A DNA stretch of 64,000 bases from Tetramitus jugosus. Taxonomy: Eukaryota; Protista; Heterolobosea. The first letter of the stretch is position 1. Each line of letters opens with the position of its first letter. Of the stretch, positions 1-10,260 are shown one piece after another. The position numbers and the translations under genes were made by a program. The stretch lies in NCBI GenBank assembly GCA_937625935.1, contig OW569354.1:434001-498000 (forward strand), written 5' to 3'. The notes under the pieces were generated by a model. It made no database searches. It saw only the letters and a program-made list of their open reading frames with translations, and was not told the origin of the DNA.

Positions 1-5
1 TGCTC

Positions 6-2672
6 ATGTCTACTTTTACAACTGCGGAGTTATTCAGGAAACAGAATGAGCGGGAAAATCGGATGGCGGCAACGACGACAACGACGGGTGAGAATGAGCA
101 GACGATTGTTTTGGAGTCTGATATTGACAGTGAGGATTTCTTCTCACCAAAAAAGGGAAATGTGGTGTTTACGAGTGCGGGAGATGGATGGGGATTTAGA
201 ATCAATGATTTTGCACAGATTTTCCATAAAAAGTTGGGAATGAAGCAGGAGGTGCTGCAGCAGACACTGTGGGGCGAATATTATTTGGATAAGAAGACGA
301 AGAAGATTAAGACGAAGCCAAAGAATTATGATGAAGATGTGCCCATGTTTGTCCAATTTATTTTGACCAATATTTTCAATGTGTATGACGCGATTGTCAT
401 GAATCGAGACTCAGAGAGAATTACAAAGATTATTTTGGGTTTGGGACTGCAGGTACCAGTCAATCTGTTTAAGAAGCAGGACAAGAGAGCTCATGTCAGA
501 GGAGTGCTCGGTCGATGGCTTCCATTGGCTGACTCTGTGTTGCAAATGGTTTGCGAGTGTCTTCCTAGCCCACAAACCGCTCAGAGAGAGCGTATTTTGA
601 CTCTGGTGCCCGAATTGGAGGACATCAAGACAGATATCAAGAACAAGAGCAAGGATCAACAAGTTGTTGACTCGGATGTTCGTACAGAGATGCGTAATTT
701 GCGAAGAAAACTGAAGAAGAATTTGCTTCGATGTGATCCTAGTGACAAGGCAGAAGTGATGGTGTTTGTGTCGAAAATGTTGGAGGTTGATACTCTTCCG
801 AGTGCAACAATCAGTTCTTCGAGACAGGTGGACAAGATTCGAGTTTCCTCGCCGTTGACTCCAATCGATAGACAGGCGTTCGAAGAGGAGGAGGCGCGAC
901 ATGATGGTGTCGATGAAACAGCAGAGGAAGAGACCGAAGCTGATGCAAGACAACATTTTGTTGGTTTCTGTCGTATCTTTAGTGGAACCATTCGATTAGG
1001 GCAAAAACTACATATTCTTGGTCCACAATACAATGCAACAAAGCCAGACAAGGATAGACACGAAATTGTGGTTGAGAGTTTGTTCTTAATTATGGGTCGT
1101 GGTCTAGAGCCTGTTTCTGAAGTGCCAGCAGGTAACATTTTTGGCATTGGAGGTGTGAGCAAGTATATTCTGAAGAGTGCAACGATTGCCAGCTCCCCAT
1201 ATGCACCTATTTTCAGTGCAATGTATTTCCAAGCTGCACCTATTATGAGATTTTCACTCGAACCACAAAATATGGCAGACATGAAGAAATTGGTCAAGGG
1301 ACTGAAGTTGTTGAATCAATCTGATCCTTCAGTTGAGGTGTATGTTCAAGAAACGGGCGAGCATGTGATTGTTACAGCAGGAGAGGTTCACGCAGAGCGA
1401 TGTCTGAGAGATTTGAATGATAAATTTGCCAAAATACCTATTCACGTGTCTCCACCATTAGTCAACTTCAAGGAGACTATCATTACGGAGACTGGCCAGA
1501 AAACCAAGATCATCACAGCTCAGACTGCGAATAGACAGTTAGCAATTAAGATCAAGGTTAGACCACTTCCAGAGAATATTTCTCGGTTCCTAGATGAGAA
1601 CAGAGAGCGTATCAAACGTTTCTTCAACACTGAGAACGATGAACTGGAAAACATTCTCTCCAGTTCCTCAAACACAGTGTTTGATGATCTCAAGATTGAG
1701 TTTGAAAAAGCAGGAAGCAAGTGGGCCAAGGAATTCCAGCATCTGTGGACACTTGGACCTAAGAGAGTTGGTCCTAACATTCTACTGAATCACATCAAGG
1801 GCTATTGTGACAGTGTGCACTTCAAGTCCTTGGTTAGTCGTATTGCTAGTCGAACAACGAGCTTGGAGGTGGAAGAATCATCCCAACCAATCGATGGCAA
1901 CAACTCTTCTGTGAAATCACCTTCTGATATCGAAAGTGCCGTGGTCGACGCGGAGATTCGCTCTCTACTAGATAAGTATGATTCCAACTTTATTGCTGGA
2001 TTCCAGTTGGCCACTAGCGCTGGACCGTTGAGTGATGAGCCCATGTATGGTGTGTGCTATAGCATCGAGGATGTTATTATCAGTTCAAAGAATAGTTCTT
2101 CTTCTCCATCACCTGATGTGGCTGATTCGGACAGAAGCAACACATTTGAGTATGATTCCGATGTTTATGGACCTTTTGGAGGCCAGATCATGAGTGCTGT
2201 AAAGGAGGGATGCCGTAAGGCTTTCGACAGCAATCCGCGTCGATTGGTTGAGGCAATGTACAAGTGTGATATTCAGGCAACAAACGAAACGGTGGGTAAC
2301 GTCTATGCAGTTCTGAGAAAGAGACGTGCAAAGGTTGTAGCTGATGATGTTGAAGAAGGAACAGGCCTCTTTATCATTAGTGCATATCTTCCTGTTGCAG
2401 AAAGTTTTGGATTGATTGATGAGCTCAGAGATAAGACGAGTGGAGCTGCTAGTCCTCAACTTGTGTTCTCTCATTGGCAAACATTGGAAGTTGATCCGTT
2501 CTATGTGCCCAAGACGGAGGAAGAGTTGGAAGAATTTGGTGAGATGGGTAATGCTGCACCCAACATTGCAAAGGAATACATTGACATGGTCAGAAAGAGA
2601 AAGGGTTTGATGCTTGATAAGAAGATTGTTGACTTTGCGGAAAAGCAAAGAAATATGTCAAGGAACAAGTAA
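6..2672 (+). CDS. EFL1: Elongation factor-like GTPase 1 (Ria1/EFL1), 5'-partial
   Basis: EF-2-like domains II-V: FSPKKGNVVFTSAGDGWGF, LKLLNQSDPSV, GEHVIVTAGEVHAERCLRDL, TSGAASPQLVFSHW. The G1-G4 motifs are absent, so the gene starts before the window. Confidence 0.92.
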   Translation: MSTFTTAELFRKQNERENRMAATTTTTGENEQTIVLESDIDSEDFFSPKKGNVVFTSAGDGWGFRINDFAQIFHKKLGMKQEVLQQTLWGEYYLDKKTKKIKTKPKNYDEDVPMFVQFILTNIFNVYDAIVMNRDSERITKIILGLGLQVPVNLFKKQDKRAHVRGVLGRWLPLADSVLQMVCECLPSPQTAQRERILTLVPELEDIKTDIKNKSKDQQVVDSDVRTEMRNLRRKLKKNLLRCDPSDKAEVMVFVSKMLEVDTLPSATISSSRQVDKIRVSSPLTPIDRQAFEEEEARHDGVDETAEEETEADARQHFVGFCRIFSGTIRLGQKLHILGPQYNATKPDKDRHEIVVESLFLIMGRGLEPVSEVPAGNIFGIGGVSKYILKSATIASSPYAPIFSAMYFQAAPIMRFSLEPQNMADMKKLVKGLKLLNQSDPSVEVYVQETGEHVIVTAGEVHAERCLRDLNDKFAKIPIHVSPPLVNFKETIITETGQKTKIITAQTANRQLAIKIKVRPLPENISRFLDENRERIKRFFNTENDELENILSSSSNTVFDDLKIEFEKAGSKWAKEFQHLWTLGPKRVGPNILLNHIKGYCDSVHFKSLVSRIASRTTSLEVEESSQPIDGNNSSVKSPSDIESAVVDAEIRSLLDKYDSNFIAGFQLATSAGPLSDEPMYGVCYSIEDVIISSKNSSSSPSPDVADSDRSNTFEYDSDVYGPFGGQIMSAVKEGCRKAFDSNPRRLVEAMYKCDIQATNETVGNVYAVLRKRRAKVVADDVEEGTGLFIISAYLPVAESFGLIDELRDKTSGAASPQLVFSHWQTLEVDPFYVPKTEEELEEFGEMGNAAPNIAKEYIDMVRKRKGLMLDKKIVDFAEKQRNMSRNK

Positions 2673-2728
2673 AAATGTGTGAAGAATTTACCTTATCCCA
2701 TTCATTCTTTGTTTTATTAATCTAATAT

Positions 2729-3676
2729 TTAGAGTTGAGCTTCAGCAGTGTACATGTAGTTCTCAAGCTGGCACTCATTGGAGCCTCTCTTGATCCAGAA
2801 GAAACCATTCATTCCCCAATCTGCTCCCCATGAGTTGGCAACGATCCAGTATGGCAACTTTGATTGAGAATCAATTCCCCAACCAACAATCTTGATGGCA
2901 TGACCACCCAACAAGCTTCCACTGACGTGATGGTAGACACCAGATGAATATTGCATAAAGTCTTGATAGACCATGAATCCAGACATGATAGGACCATTGG
3001 TCAAAATGTCTTGTTGAACCGATTGGATATCGTTGGAGCGGAAGTTCTTGATAGATCTTGGATTTGCCTTGTAGAACTTCATTGCATCACCATTGGCACA
3101 TGTGTTGCTGCAGCTTGGAACGTGTCCCTTACCAGAGACATATGGCAAGCAATCGTCTTCAACAGTTCCAGTGGTGGAAAGGAACTTCCACAAAGTGTCC
3201 ATGTTTCCACCATGGCATCCCATGTCATACTTGTCACAGCTGACCATGAATTGAGGTGAAAGAACAGTGTTGATTGCACCCTTTGATGCAATACAGAATC
3301 GATCGCTCAACATCTCGGAGGAGGAGAATGCCCAGCAGCTACCACATTGTTGTTGGTTTCTGATTGGGTGGATACACTTTGGCCATTGGTCACGTGCATC
3401 AAAGTTGCTTGGGATACTCTTCAAAGAACTCTTGTCTGTTGGTTGACTAACAGCGTACATGGATGGTCTGATGGAATTGGTCAAGTAGGCACCGAACATG
3501 TGACCAACATCACTAATGGTCTTGTTTTGGAATCTTTCATAGGATGTGGCCTTCCATGCGGCAGTTGGATGAGAGTTAATCGTACGAATCAACTCGGGGT
3601 CATTCAATGACAGTGCAGAGAAGGCAACCCCGAGCAGGCAGAACAAGGCAATCAAGAGAGCAGATAATTTCAACAT
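2729..3676 (-). CDS. Cathepsin B-like papain-family cysteine protease
   Basis: Signal peptide and propeptide; QQQCGSCWAF (catalytic Cys), GGHAIKIVGWG (His), YWIVANSWG (Asn). Confidence 0.95.
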   Translation of the reverse strand: MLKLSALLIALFCLLGVAFSALSLNDPELIRTINSHPTAAWKATSYERFQNKTISDVGHMFGAYLTNSIRPSMYAVSQPTDKSSLKSIPSNFDARDQWPKCIHPIRNQQQCGSCWAFSSSEMLSDRFCIASKGAINTVLSPQFMVSCDKYDMGCHGGNMDTLWKFLSTTGTVEDDCLPYVSGKGHVPSCSNTCANGDAMKFYKANPRSIKNFRSNDIQSVQQDILTNGPIMSGFMVYQDFMQYSSGVYHHVSGSLLGGHAIKIVGWGIDSQSKLPYWIVANSWGADWGMNGFFWIKRGSNECQLENYMYTAEAQL

Positions 3677-3968
3677 GGCGAATGAATATTGGTTAATATT
3701 ATAGTTTAGTTTTTGTTTTGGTGTGTATTATGAGAGAAAGATGTTGCAGCCTTGATCCTTTAAAATGAAAAAGTTCAACGGAGCTGGAGTTGAGAAACTC
3801 CAGACTCCGCGATTTGGTCAACCTTCTAACTGAGTACCATAAAAAAACGATCTTCCTCAGTGGCTTGTGCTTACTTCACTAATGTTGGAAGAGGTACAAA
3901 TCCATTGAGGTGAAAACTACGAGGGATAAATGCCGTCACTGCATTATTTCTAGTCCTGGGTATAAATT

Positions 3969-4863
3969 TCAACATCGGTGAGTTGTTGTTTGACACACTA
4001 GGTCCAACAAGACAATCAAATGAATATCAATGAGTGGAATGCCGAGTGAAGAATAGGAAACATGTGTCATCGTTAAGAAGTCATGATGGAAAGCGAGTGC
4101 GTCGCCATGAATACACACTTCAACTTCTTCTGTGAGAACCACCAAAGTTCTACCAGCACAAGCCAATCATATCTACCGAGCTGACTTTACTCACCAGAAT
4201 GGTAAACGTTCGACCACATCCAATGGCACGAACACCTTGGCTCAACCAAAGATGATTCAACGCATCCAACTCTGTAAACGTGGTCAATTTTTTCACAGCT
4301 TCTGGATGCATAAACAATTGACCATAACTGTTCTTTCTTCAAAGTAGCCACCAGCAGCCCCCAAGTTTACTTCTCGATTCACATGATGGTACTGTACCGA
4401 ATGTACACCTCGAAGACTTGACTGAACAAACTCGTCGCACCGAAATGGTTGTATTAAAAAAACACCGACGAATGGGCTAAATGTTATTGTGAAGAATTCC
4501 CAATTAAAGACGCTTGCAGAGCGGTGGCTCTTCATCTGTTCACTAAAAAAAAAGCGAAACAACAGCAATGACGCTCGCAGAGCGTTAATGGGAATTAAAG
4601 AGGTGACCAACAGATTAAGGAGGGTCGCACCTCCGTTTCTCACTGTTCACATACGGTCTTGCTTTCTTTTCTGCCACTGCAGATTTGAGTCCATTCACAA
4701 CCAGGCCATTGGTGATATCTTGAATACCCATGAGGAATTCCCTACTCGTCCACCTCAGTCGCTTTTCAGTCTTACCTCCCATGAGCCTCACATTGTCGAA
4801 CCAAATATCGATCCAGCTACCATAGCTATTAACCCCTTGCTGACTGTCAATGCCATACACCAT
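3969..4863 (-). pseudogene. Degraded RCC1/BLIP-II-like repeat pseudogene
   Basis: Broken frames with RCC1-like pieces: VYGIDSQQGVNSYG, VRAIGCGRTFTILVS, ACAGRTLVVLTEEVEVCIHGD. Multiple stops and frameshifts. Confidence 0.4.
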
Positions 4864-4908
4864 CTGGCATAAACAGCCCGGGAATCAGTGCTGCTACAGG
4901 CCTATTCG

Positions 4909-4923
4909 TCGGACTATTATTGA
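4909..4923. repeat. Target-site duplication copy 1 (TCGGACTATTATTGA)
   Basis: Identical to 5807-5821; abuts the poly(A) tail. Confidence 0.9.
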
Positions 4924-5806
4924 TTTTTTTTTTTTTTCCATACAACATTTGTTGCCACTTTATTCTATACACCACAGTGAGACATGATTCCGCTCAGCAC
5001 CGTTAGGTGATGAGCAGTGTTTCATCTCTCTTCACAACAGAATTGATATACACCTTGTATAGTGCCTTGATGCAGGCACGTTTGGTTGAGTCGACGACTC
5101 CCTTAATCCTTTTCTCTGCCTCCCTCTTCTTGCATCCTTTAAGCTTCAGTTCCTCCAGAAGTTCCCCCCTAAAGTCTTCCTCTTTACCCATCAGACCTTC
5201 CAGAAGTCCCTCGGCAGATCTTTTGACGTTTCGTGGTTGGATCTCCCCTCCCACAAACAGTGTATCGTCGAACCATAGAACCAACTTGGCAGTGTCTGGT
5301 GGGTTCATCCTTTTCAACTTGTCTTTTAGTTCCTCTGCCACTTTACTTCTTGCTGCTTTGGCATAATCACACTCAACCAGCAGATGAATGATGGTCTCGG
5401 GGCTTTTGCCACAAAGAGAGCATGTAACATCACCTATGGCATTGTACAACTTCTGCATGACCACTTTCGTATGCAAGGTACCACTCCTGACCTGGTGGTA
5501 GAACCACAGCTCCTTCCTGTCCAGTCCAAAAGGACATTTCAAGAAATAGTTCCACTCCACTGACTTCTGCAACTCCGAATCAAGCCACCATCCTCCATTC
5601 AATCCAATAAATTCTGTCCTCTGTTTTACAAATGATTCCACTACTCCTTCTCGAATGTTGGGATCTCGTTGACCACACCATTAGCTAGCACCTTAATTTC
5701 CGTCTTACTAGTTCTTCTAGCAAGCAGCGACTCATTGCACGGCTTACCAAGCAGTTCCAGGTAGGCTTGCACTATTCTGTACTTTGCCGGACCAATCCCT
5801 TTCATA
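4924..5806 (-). mobile_element. 5'-truncated non-LTR (L1/Tx1/TRE-like) retrotransposon copy inserted upstream of tRNA-Val
   Basis: 14-nt poly(A) tail (T run 4924-4937), AATAAA at 4959-4964 on the minus strand, perfect 15-bp TSD TCGGACTATTATTGA (4909-4923 and 5807-5821), zf-RVT-like coding remnant. Confidence 0.9.
5003..5641 (-). pseudogene. C-terminal remnant of retrotransposon ORF2 (zf-RVT CCHC finger)
   Basis: CSLCGKSPETIIHLLVEC is the C-x2-C...E-T-x2-H-x4-C motif of L1-clade ORF2 C-termini. A frameshifted upstream piece (MKGIGPAKYRIV...) spans 5805-5641. Confidence 0.8.
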
Positions 5807-5821
5807 TCGGACTATTATTGA
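5807..5821. repeat. Target-site duplication copy 2 (TCGGACTATTATTGA)
   Basis: Identical to 4909-4923. Confidence 0.9.
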
Positions 5822-5850
5822 GTTATCTATTTTTGTCTCTATAAATATAA

Positions 5851-5923
5851 GCAGGCGTAGATCAGTGGTTAGATCGTGGCCTTCACACGGCCGAGGTCGT
5901 GGGTTCGATCCCCATCGTCTGTA
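5851..5923 (+). tRNA. tRNA-Val(CAC)
   Basis: Cloverleaf with GCAGGCG/CGTCTGT acceptor stem, anticodon loop TTCACAC, GGTTCGATCCC T-arm, and T-runs downstream. Confidence 0.95.
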
Positions 5924-5949
5924 CTTTTGCATTTTTCAATTCTAAATTG

Positions 5950-7950
5950 ATGGGTGATGTGACAGAAGATCGAACAGAAACTATCCAGATAACAACTCGC
6001 TCAATAGCAATGACGACATATGTTGCTGATCAACGAGGCACCACCAGCTATGTCAGGCCAGTTCCCAACAGACAAGGATCCATTGTTGCTCACATTGTCC
6101 ATACTCTGACTTCACTGTTCCAAGCCAAGTTTTCTCACGTGTTGTCACAATGTTCCCACAACACGAAATTGACATCTGAAATGATTGTCGTACTGACATG
6201 TATCACCAGTTCAGAACAATCTGTGATGAGCCCATACTCTAGAGAATTGTGTGACAGGTTGCAAGTATGGGACGGAGTTTTGCTCTTTCGAAGGATTTGT
6301 CATCAGTTGAACGTAGGGAAACAAGAACAACAAGAGAGTATACCAGAGCTGGATCTGGTGTATGAATGGAAGATACCACTGTTTGTCATTAGTGGAACAG
6401 CGTTTGATTTGATACAGAAGCAAATGTTTGTGTTGCAGAGCAATTTCATGAACACACCGAGACTGAAGACTCTGGGACCGACAGAGTTGTCGAAATTGGG
6501 CAATCAGTTCTGGAGTTTGATGATGGATTGTCAGTCGAGTCGAACCGTGCGATTGCCCTTTGAAGAAATGGATTTGTTTGTGGAGACTACAGAAGGCAGC
6601 GAATTGGAGCAAATTAAGCAACGTTTGATGTACTATTTGACAAGCGACGAAACAGCCGAATACGTTCAATTACGTACCACGATTTACATTGGCATCGTAC
6701 TTCTGAGTTCTGAAGAACAACTTGCTAGGGACAAAGCAAATGATTTTGTACAACAGTTGAAGGGCAAGGAGTCGCCCGATATTTGTGACCGCAATTTACT
6801 GACGATACTGTATCACCTACAAGGAAGATTGGAATGGAATAGTGGAAATTATGAGGAAGCCACAAAGTTCTTTCAAAGTGCACTTTCAATTGATATCAAG
6901 TTTGTCCCTTCGTGGAAATACATTGGTAAGTGCTATATTGAATTGAACAAGGCAGACATGGCAATTGATTGTTTGACAGAAGCAATTGAGATCAAACCTG
7001 ATATGTCATCGCTTTATTTCTACAGGGGCACTGCTTCATACACGGTTGAAAGGTATAGTGATGCATTGGATAACTTTGAAAAGGATATTGCTTTGAATCC
7101 TGATCAAGCGAGATCTTATGCCACCAGAGGTAAATTACATTTGAGAAACAGCAAATGGACCGATGCTCTGAAAGATTTATCAAAAGCCATGGAGGTAAAT
7201 CCGAACGATGCTTCAGTAATTGCAGATCGAGCTGAGACATTCTTCTTGCTAGAAAGATACGAAGATGCTGTAGCCGATTTCAATGTAGCCTTAAAGTCTA
7301 TACGGAGTCCATTACTCTTTAAACAAAGAGCCATTTGCTTCTCATTACTAGAAAAGCATCAAGAGGCCCTGGATGATTTTGCTGTTGCTGATGAGCAACA
7401 ACAGGATAAAACTCGGAAGTGCTCCGTAATGGATCATTACATGTTCAAGTATCAGAAGGCACTCTCAATGATTGCTCTGCACATGTATTCTGAAGCCTTA
7501 GAGGAATTGAATGAGATTTTAGTCAAGAGAGAAGAAGAAGCCGAAACAATTGATGCTCAATCTGTTGTCCAGGTACACATCTCGTTGGCTGAATGTTACT
7601 CTGGACTGGAAGAAGTCGAAAAGGCAGAATCATCGTACCAGACTGCTCTTCAACTGGATACTCAAAATTCCAGGATATATTTTAGTAGAGGAAAGCACTA
7701 TGCCAAGCTAAAAGAATGGGAAAAGGCTCTCACAGATTTCTCATGTGTGCTTGAAAAGGAAAACTCGGTGAAGAAATCACCAATCGCTGCTCGTGCTCAT
7801 CACTACCGCTCTGAAGTGTTCGAAGCTGGAAAAATGTACAATTATGCACTCATTGATGCAGAATATGCTTACAAGCTGGATCCTGATAATAAGAAACTTT
7901 GGGCAAGGTACATGCGGCTCAAGGAGTTGAACGATTTTCGCAAGAAATGA
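5950..7950 (+). CDS. TPR-repeat protein
   Basis: Many tandem TPR motifs (e.g. YFYRGTASYTVERYSDALDNFEKDIALNP). First ATG is at 5950; the ORF-track start overlaps the tRNA. Confidence 0.85.
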   Translation: MGDVTEDRTETIQITTRSIAMTTYVADQRGTTSYVRPVPNRQGSIVAHIVHTLTSLFQAKFSHVLSQCSHNTKLTSEMIVVLTCITSSEQSVMSPYSRELCDRLQVWDGVLLFRRICHQLNVGKQEQQESIPELDLVYEWKIPLFVISGTAFDLIQKQMFVLQSNFMNTPRLKTLGPTELSKLGNQFWSLMMDCQSSRTVRLPFEEMDLFVETTEGSELEQIKQRLMYYLTSDETAEYVQLRTTIYIGIVLLSSEEQLARDKANDFVQQLKGKESPDICDRNLLTILYHLQGRLEWNSGNYEEATKFFQSALSIDIKFVPSWKYIGKCYIELNKADMAIDCLTEAIEIKPDMSSLYFYRGTASYTVERYSDALDNFEKDIALNPDQARSYATRGKLHLRNSKWTDALKDLSKAMEVNPNDASVIADRAETFFLLERYEDAVADFNVALKSIRSPLLFKQRAICFSLLEKHQEALDDFAVADEQQQDKTRKCSVMDHYMFKYQKALSMIALHMYSEALEELNEILVKREEEAETIDAQSVVQVHISLAECYSGLEEVEKAESSYQTALQLDTQNSRIYFSRGKHYAKLKEWEKALTDFSCVLEKENSVKKSPIAARAHHYRSEVFEAGKMYNYALIDAEYAYKLDPDNKKLWARYMRLKELNDFRKK

Positions 7951-8014
7951 ATACAATCTTACTTTGCTTTTACACGAACACTTAACGGTTCATATTTTGT
8001 ACCTAACTATTTAT

Positions 8015-9118
8015 TTATATGGCCACTTTACGCTTCTTGCAGCCAGCCAGTTGTGCTGAGAAATTTGGATAATCAGTAATGATTCCATCCACTCCCATGC
8101 TTAACAAGTGATTAATCTCTTCTACTGTGTTTGGTGTCCATGGAACAACCTTCACCTTGTTTAGCTTCATATACTCTGCAATCTCAGTAGTCATTAGACT
8201 ATAGTGAGGCGAGTAGTACTCTGGCAAGAATCCCAATTCGTCCAACTTGTCCTGAAAATGGAAATTCTTTGATTTGTCAACCAACAGAGACAACGGAATA
8301 CTGGGGTCCTTTTCTCTCATGAGCTTCAACGTTCTCACATCAAATGACTCAATAATCACACGTTTTTGCATTTTGTGTTGCTCAATGACACCATGTAGCA
8401 AATTGACAAACACGTCTGGAGGAGGAGTAAAGACATTGTCTCTGTCTGGCCTTGTTTTCGTCTCAATATTGTACATGACTCTCTTGAGCTTGTTCTGTTT
8501 AATGTAAGCTTCAATCTCTGTAAACACTTGAGAGAGAGTAGGCTTGAAAGCACTCATCTTTTTTTGTTCAGGAAAGTGAGGATTACCTCGAATGCCACAA
8601 TCACACTTTGCAATCGTATCGTAATCCATGTCAACCAGTCTGTATTGACTCATGGCAATCGATTCATTCGCAATGAGCTCACCACTGGGATTCAAACAGA
8701 AATCAGGATTCAAAAAAGGATCGTGAGACATGATGACTTGCATGTCCTTGGAGATGCAAGTGTCCATTTCGATCGTAGTCACTCCATTGTCAATGCCTGA
8801 CTTGTAAGCTACAATCGTGTTCTCAGGATAGAGACCTCTGGCGCCACGATGACCCTCCAAGTCAAAATCACAGTCCATCAGTAGAGCTGTATTTTGGCGC
8901 CTTTTGTAAGCAGTGGCGCCAATAATGGCGATTAATAAGAGACCGACTCCGACAGTCAGTAAAATGGCGCCCAAACCAACCAGCAAAATTAATTTTTGCT
9001 TGTTGAGCCGTTCTTCTGATGTTTTGGAGGGCGGAAAAGGATGCAATAAATGGTTTTCTTCAGTACCCTCTCGCAAGTCATCGTCGGGCACAAGATGTAA
9101 GCTGTCGTTCTTCAACAT
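8015..9118 (-). CDS. Membrane-anchored glycerophosphodiester phosphodiesterase (GDPD/GlpQ family)
   Basis: EGHRGARGLYPENT, IEMD, SHD, NIETK, VDGIITDYP motifs; N-terminal TM helix. Start uncertain (first ATG 9118). Confidence 0.92.
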   Translation of the reverse strand: MLKNDSLHLVPDDDLREGTEENHLLHPFPPSKTSEERLNKQKLILLVGLGAILLTVGVGLLLIAIIGATAYKRRQNTALLMDCDFDLEGHRGARGLYPENTIVAYKSGIDNGVTTIEMDTCISKDMQVIMSHDPFLNPDFCLNPSGELIANESIAMSQYRLVDMDYDTIAKCDCGIRGNPHFPEQKKMSAFKPTLSQVFTEIEAYIKQNKLKRVMYNIETKTRPDRDNVFTPPPDVFVNLLHGVIEQHKMQKRVIIESFDVRTLKLMREKDPSIPLSLLVDKSKNFHFQDKLDELGFLPEYYSPHYSLMTTEIAEYMKLNKVKVVPWTPNTVEEINHLLSMGVDGIITDYPNFSAQLAGCKKRKVAI

Positions 9119-9650
9119 TATCGTTTTTTTTGTTGTAGCTTTCTCTTGTTTGTTTTGCTGTTTGGGTGTTGACAATGTCTGTCATCCTTGTTTGGTGTGT
9201 GAAGCGACTCTTGTCGGAGATATTAACAACAGTGCCCACAAACCCAAAAGATCCAGTAGTGAATGAATGAAGCTTCTGTTGAATTGGATTGATGTGGCGG
9301 ATGTCAGGCGTTTGACTCCAAAACCACACACTTGTTTTGAACAAGTTGAACTGCGAATACTGCGGAAGCTCATCATCAGGTGACTCATTCCGTTGAGAAG
9401 AGTCACCCAACGATAAAATGAAGTTGATCTGTTTCGTCTCCCTTCGTCCCACTTTTTCATCTGCACTTAAGGGTTGGAGTCACCTCAAAATTGCAGTGTA
9501 GTGGTGTGGTTCTTTGCATCTATCCACAAGTTTTGTGAAGCTTCACTTTATTCAGATTGTCATGTTCGTTTGAAGGAAGTTTCAATCAAGCCATAATATT
9601 TCGGGCCCAATGCACCAAGAGGGTGTTTTTTACAATATCCTGTCATGAGA

Positions 9651-10145
9651 TGTTCAGAGCAACGTTGAGAGGACATCCAGCAATTAAGATGATTCAATGA
9701 ATTTTCACCTATCAACCAAAGACAAAAGCCCTCTGTCGTTACTCTGGTCCGGTTGAGTAGGTGAAAGTTTTTGTTGGACGAAACAGACCAATTTGCTTTT
9801 GCACCCAAAGAATAAAGAACTGTTTCTGATTCACGAACTAATGGCCTGGAATGAATCTAGGAGTTAAATGATCACATTAAGTCACTGCAACAGTTTAAGT
9901 TGAGGAGCTTCAGAAGTTCGTTGTAGCAAGTTCGTATGGTCATTGTTTGGAAGTTTCAAGAGAACCATAACAGTTCGAATCAGAACATTGTTACCAAGTC
10001 AAATACTGATTGTCCTTCTTATTTGTTCAGAGCAACATTGAGAGAACATCCAGCCACTTTAATCACTGAGTTCGACTTACATCTCCCAACACAGGCAAAG
10101 TCCTCTGTCGTTGCTCTGGTCTGGTTGACGGGGTGTGAGTTTTTG
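9651..10145. repeat. Diverged direct repeat (about 125-nt units, 373-nt spacing), probably a decayed repeat-protein pseudogene on the minus strand
   Basis: TGTTCAGAGCAACGTTGAGAGGACATCCAGC...CCTCTGTCGTTACTCTGGTCCGGTTGA (from 9651) versus TGTTCAGAGCAACATTGAGAGAACATCCAGC...CCTCTGTCGTTGCTCTGGTCTGGTTGA (from 10024). Confidence 0.65.
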
Positions 10146-10260
10146 CTCTTATCCCATGATTGTTACAGGGAGACTATGAGAGCGTTGAGTTGTCCCTGGT
10201 TGGTTCTTTTTATTTCCGAGAATATTGTTTCCATTTATTTTAACTACACTTGTTATGTTA

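Noticed and set aside
5899-5949. ORF-track N-terminal extension of the TPR gene
   Set aside because: It starts at a GTG inside the tRNA-Val gene; the first ATG is at 5950.
9182-9466. In-frame upstream ORF suggesting TGA read-through into the GDPD gene
   Set aside because: The upstream peptide has no recognisable features, TGA is used as a normal stop elsewhere in the window, and an ATG at 9118 suffices.
9467-9490. TTAAGGG as another Kolobok-like end
   Set aside because: No inverted partner found in the window.
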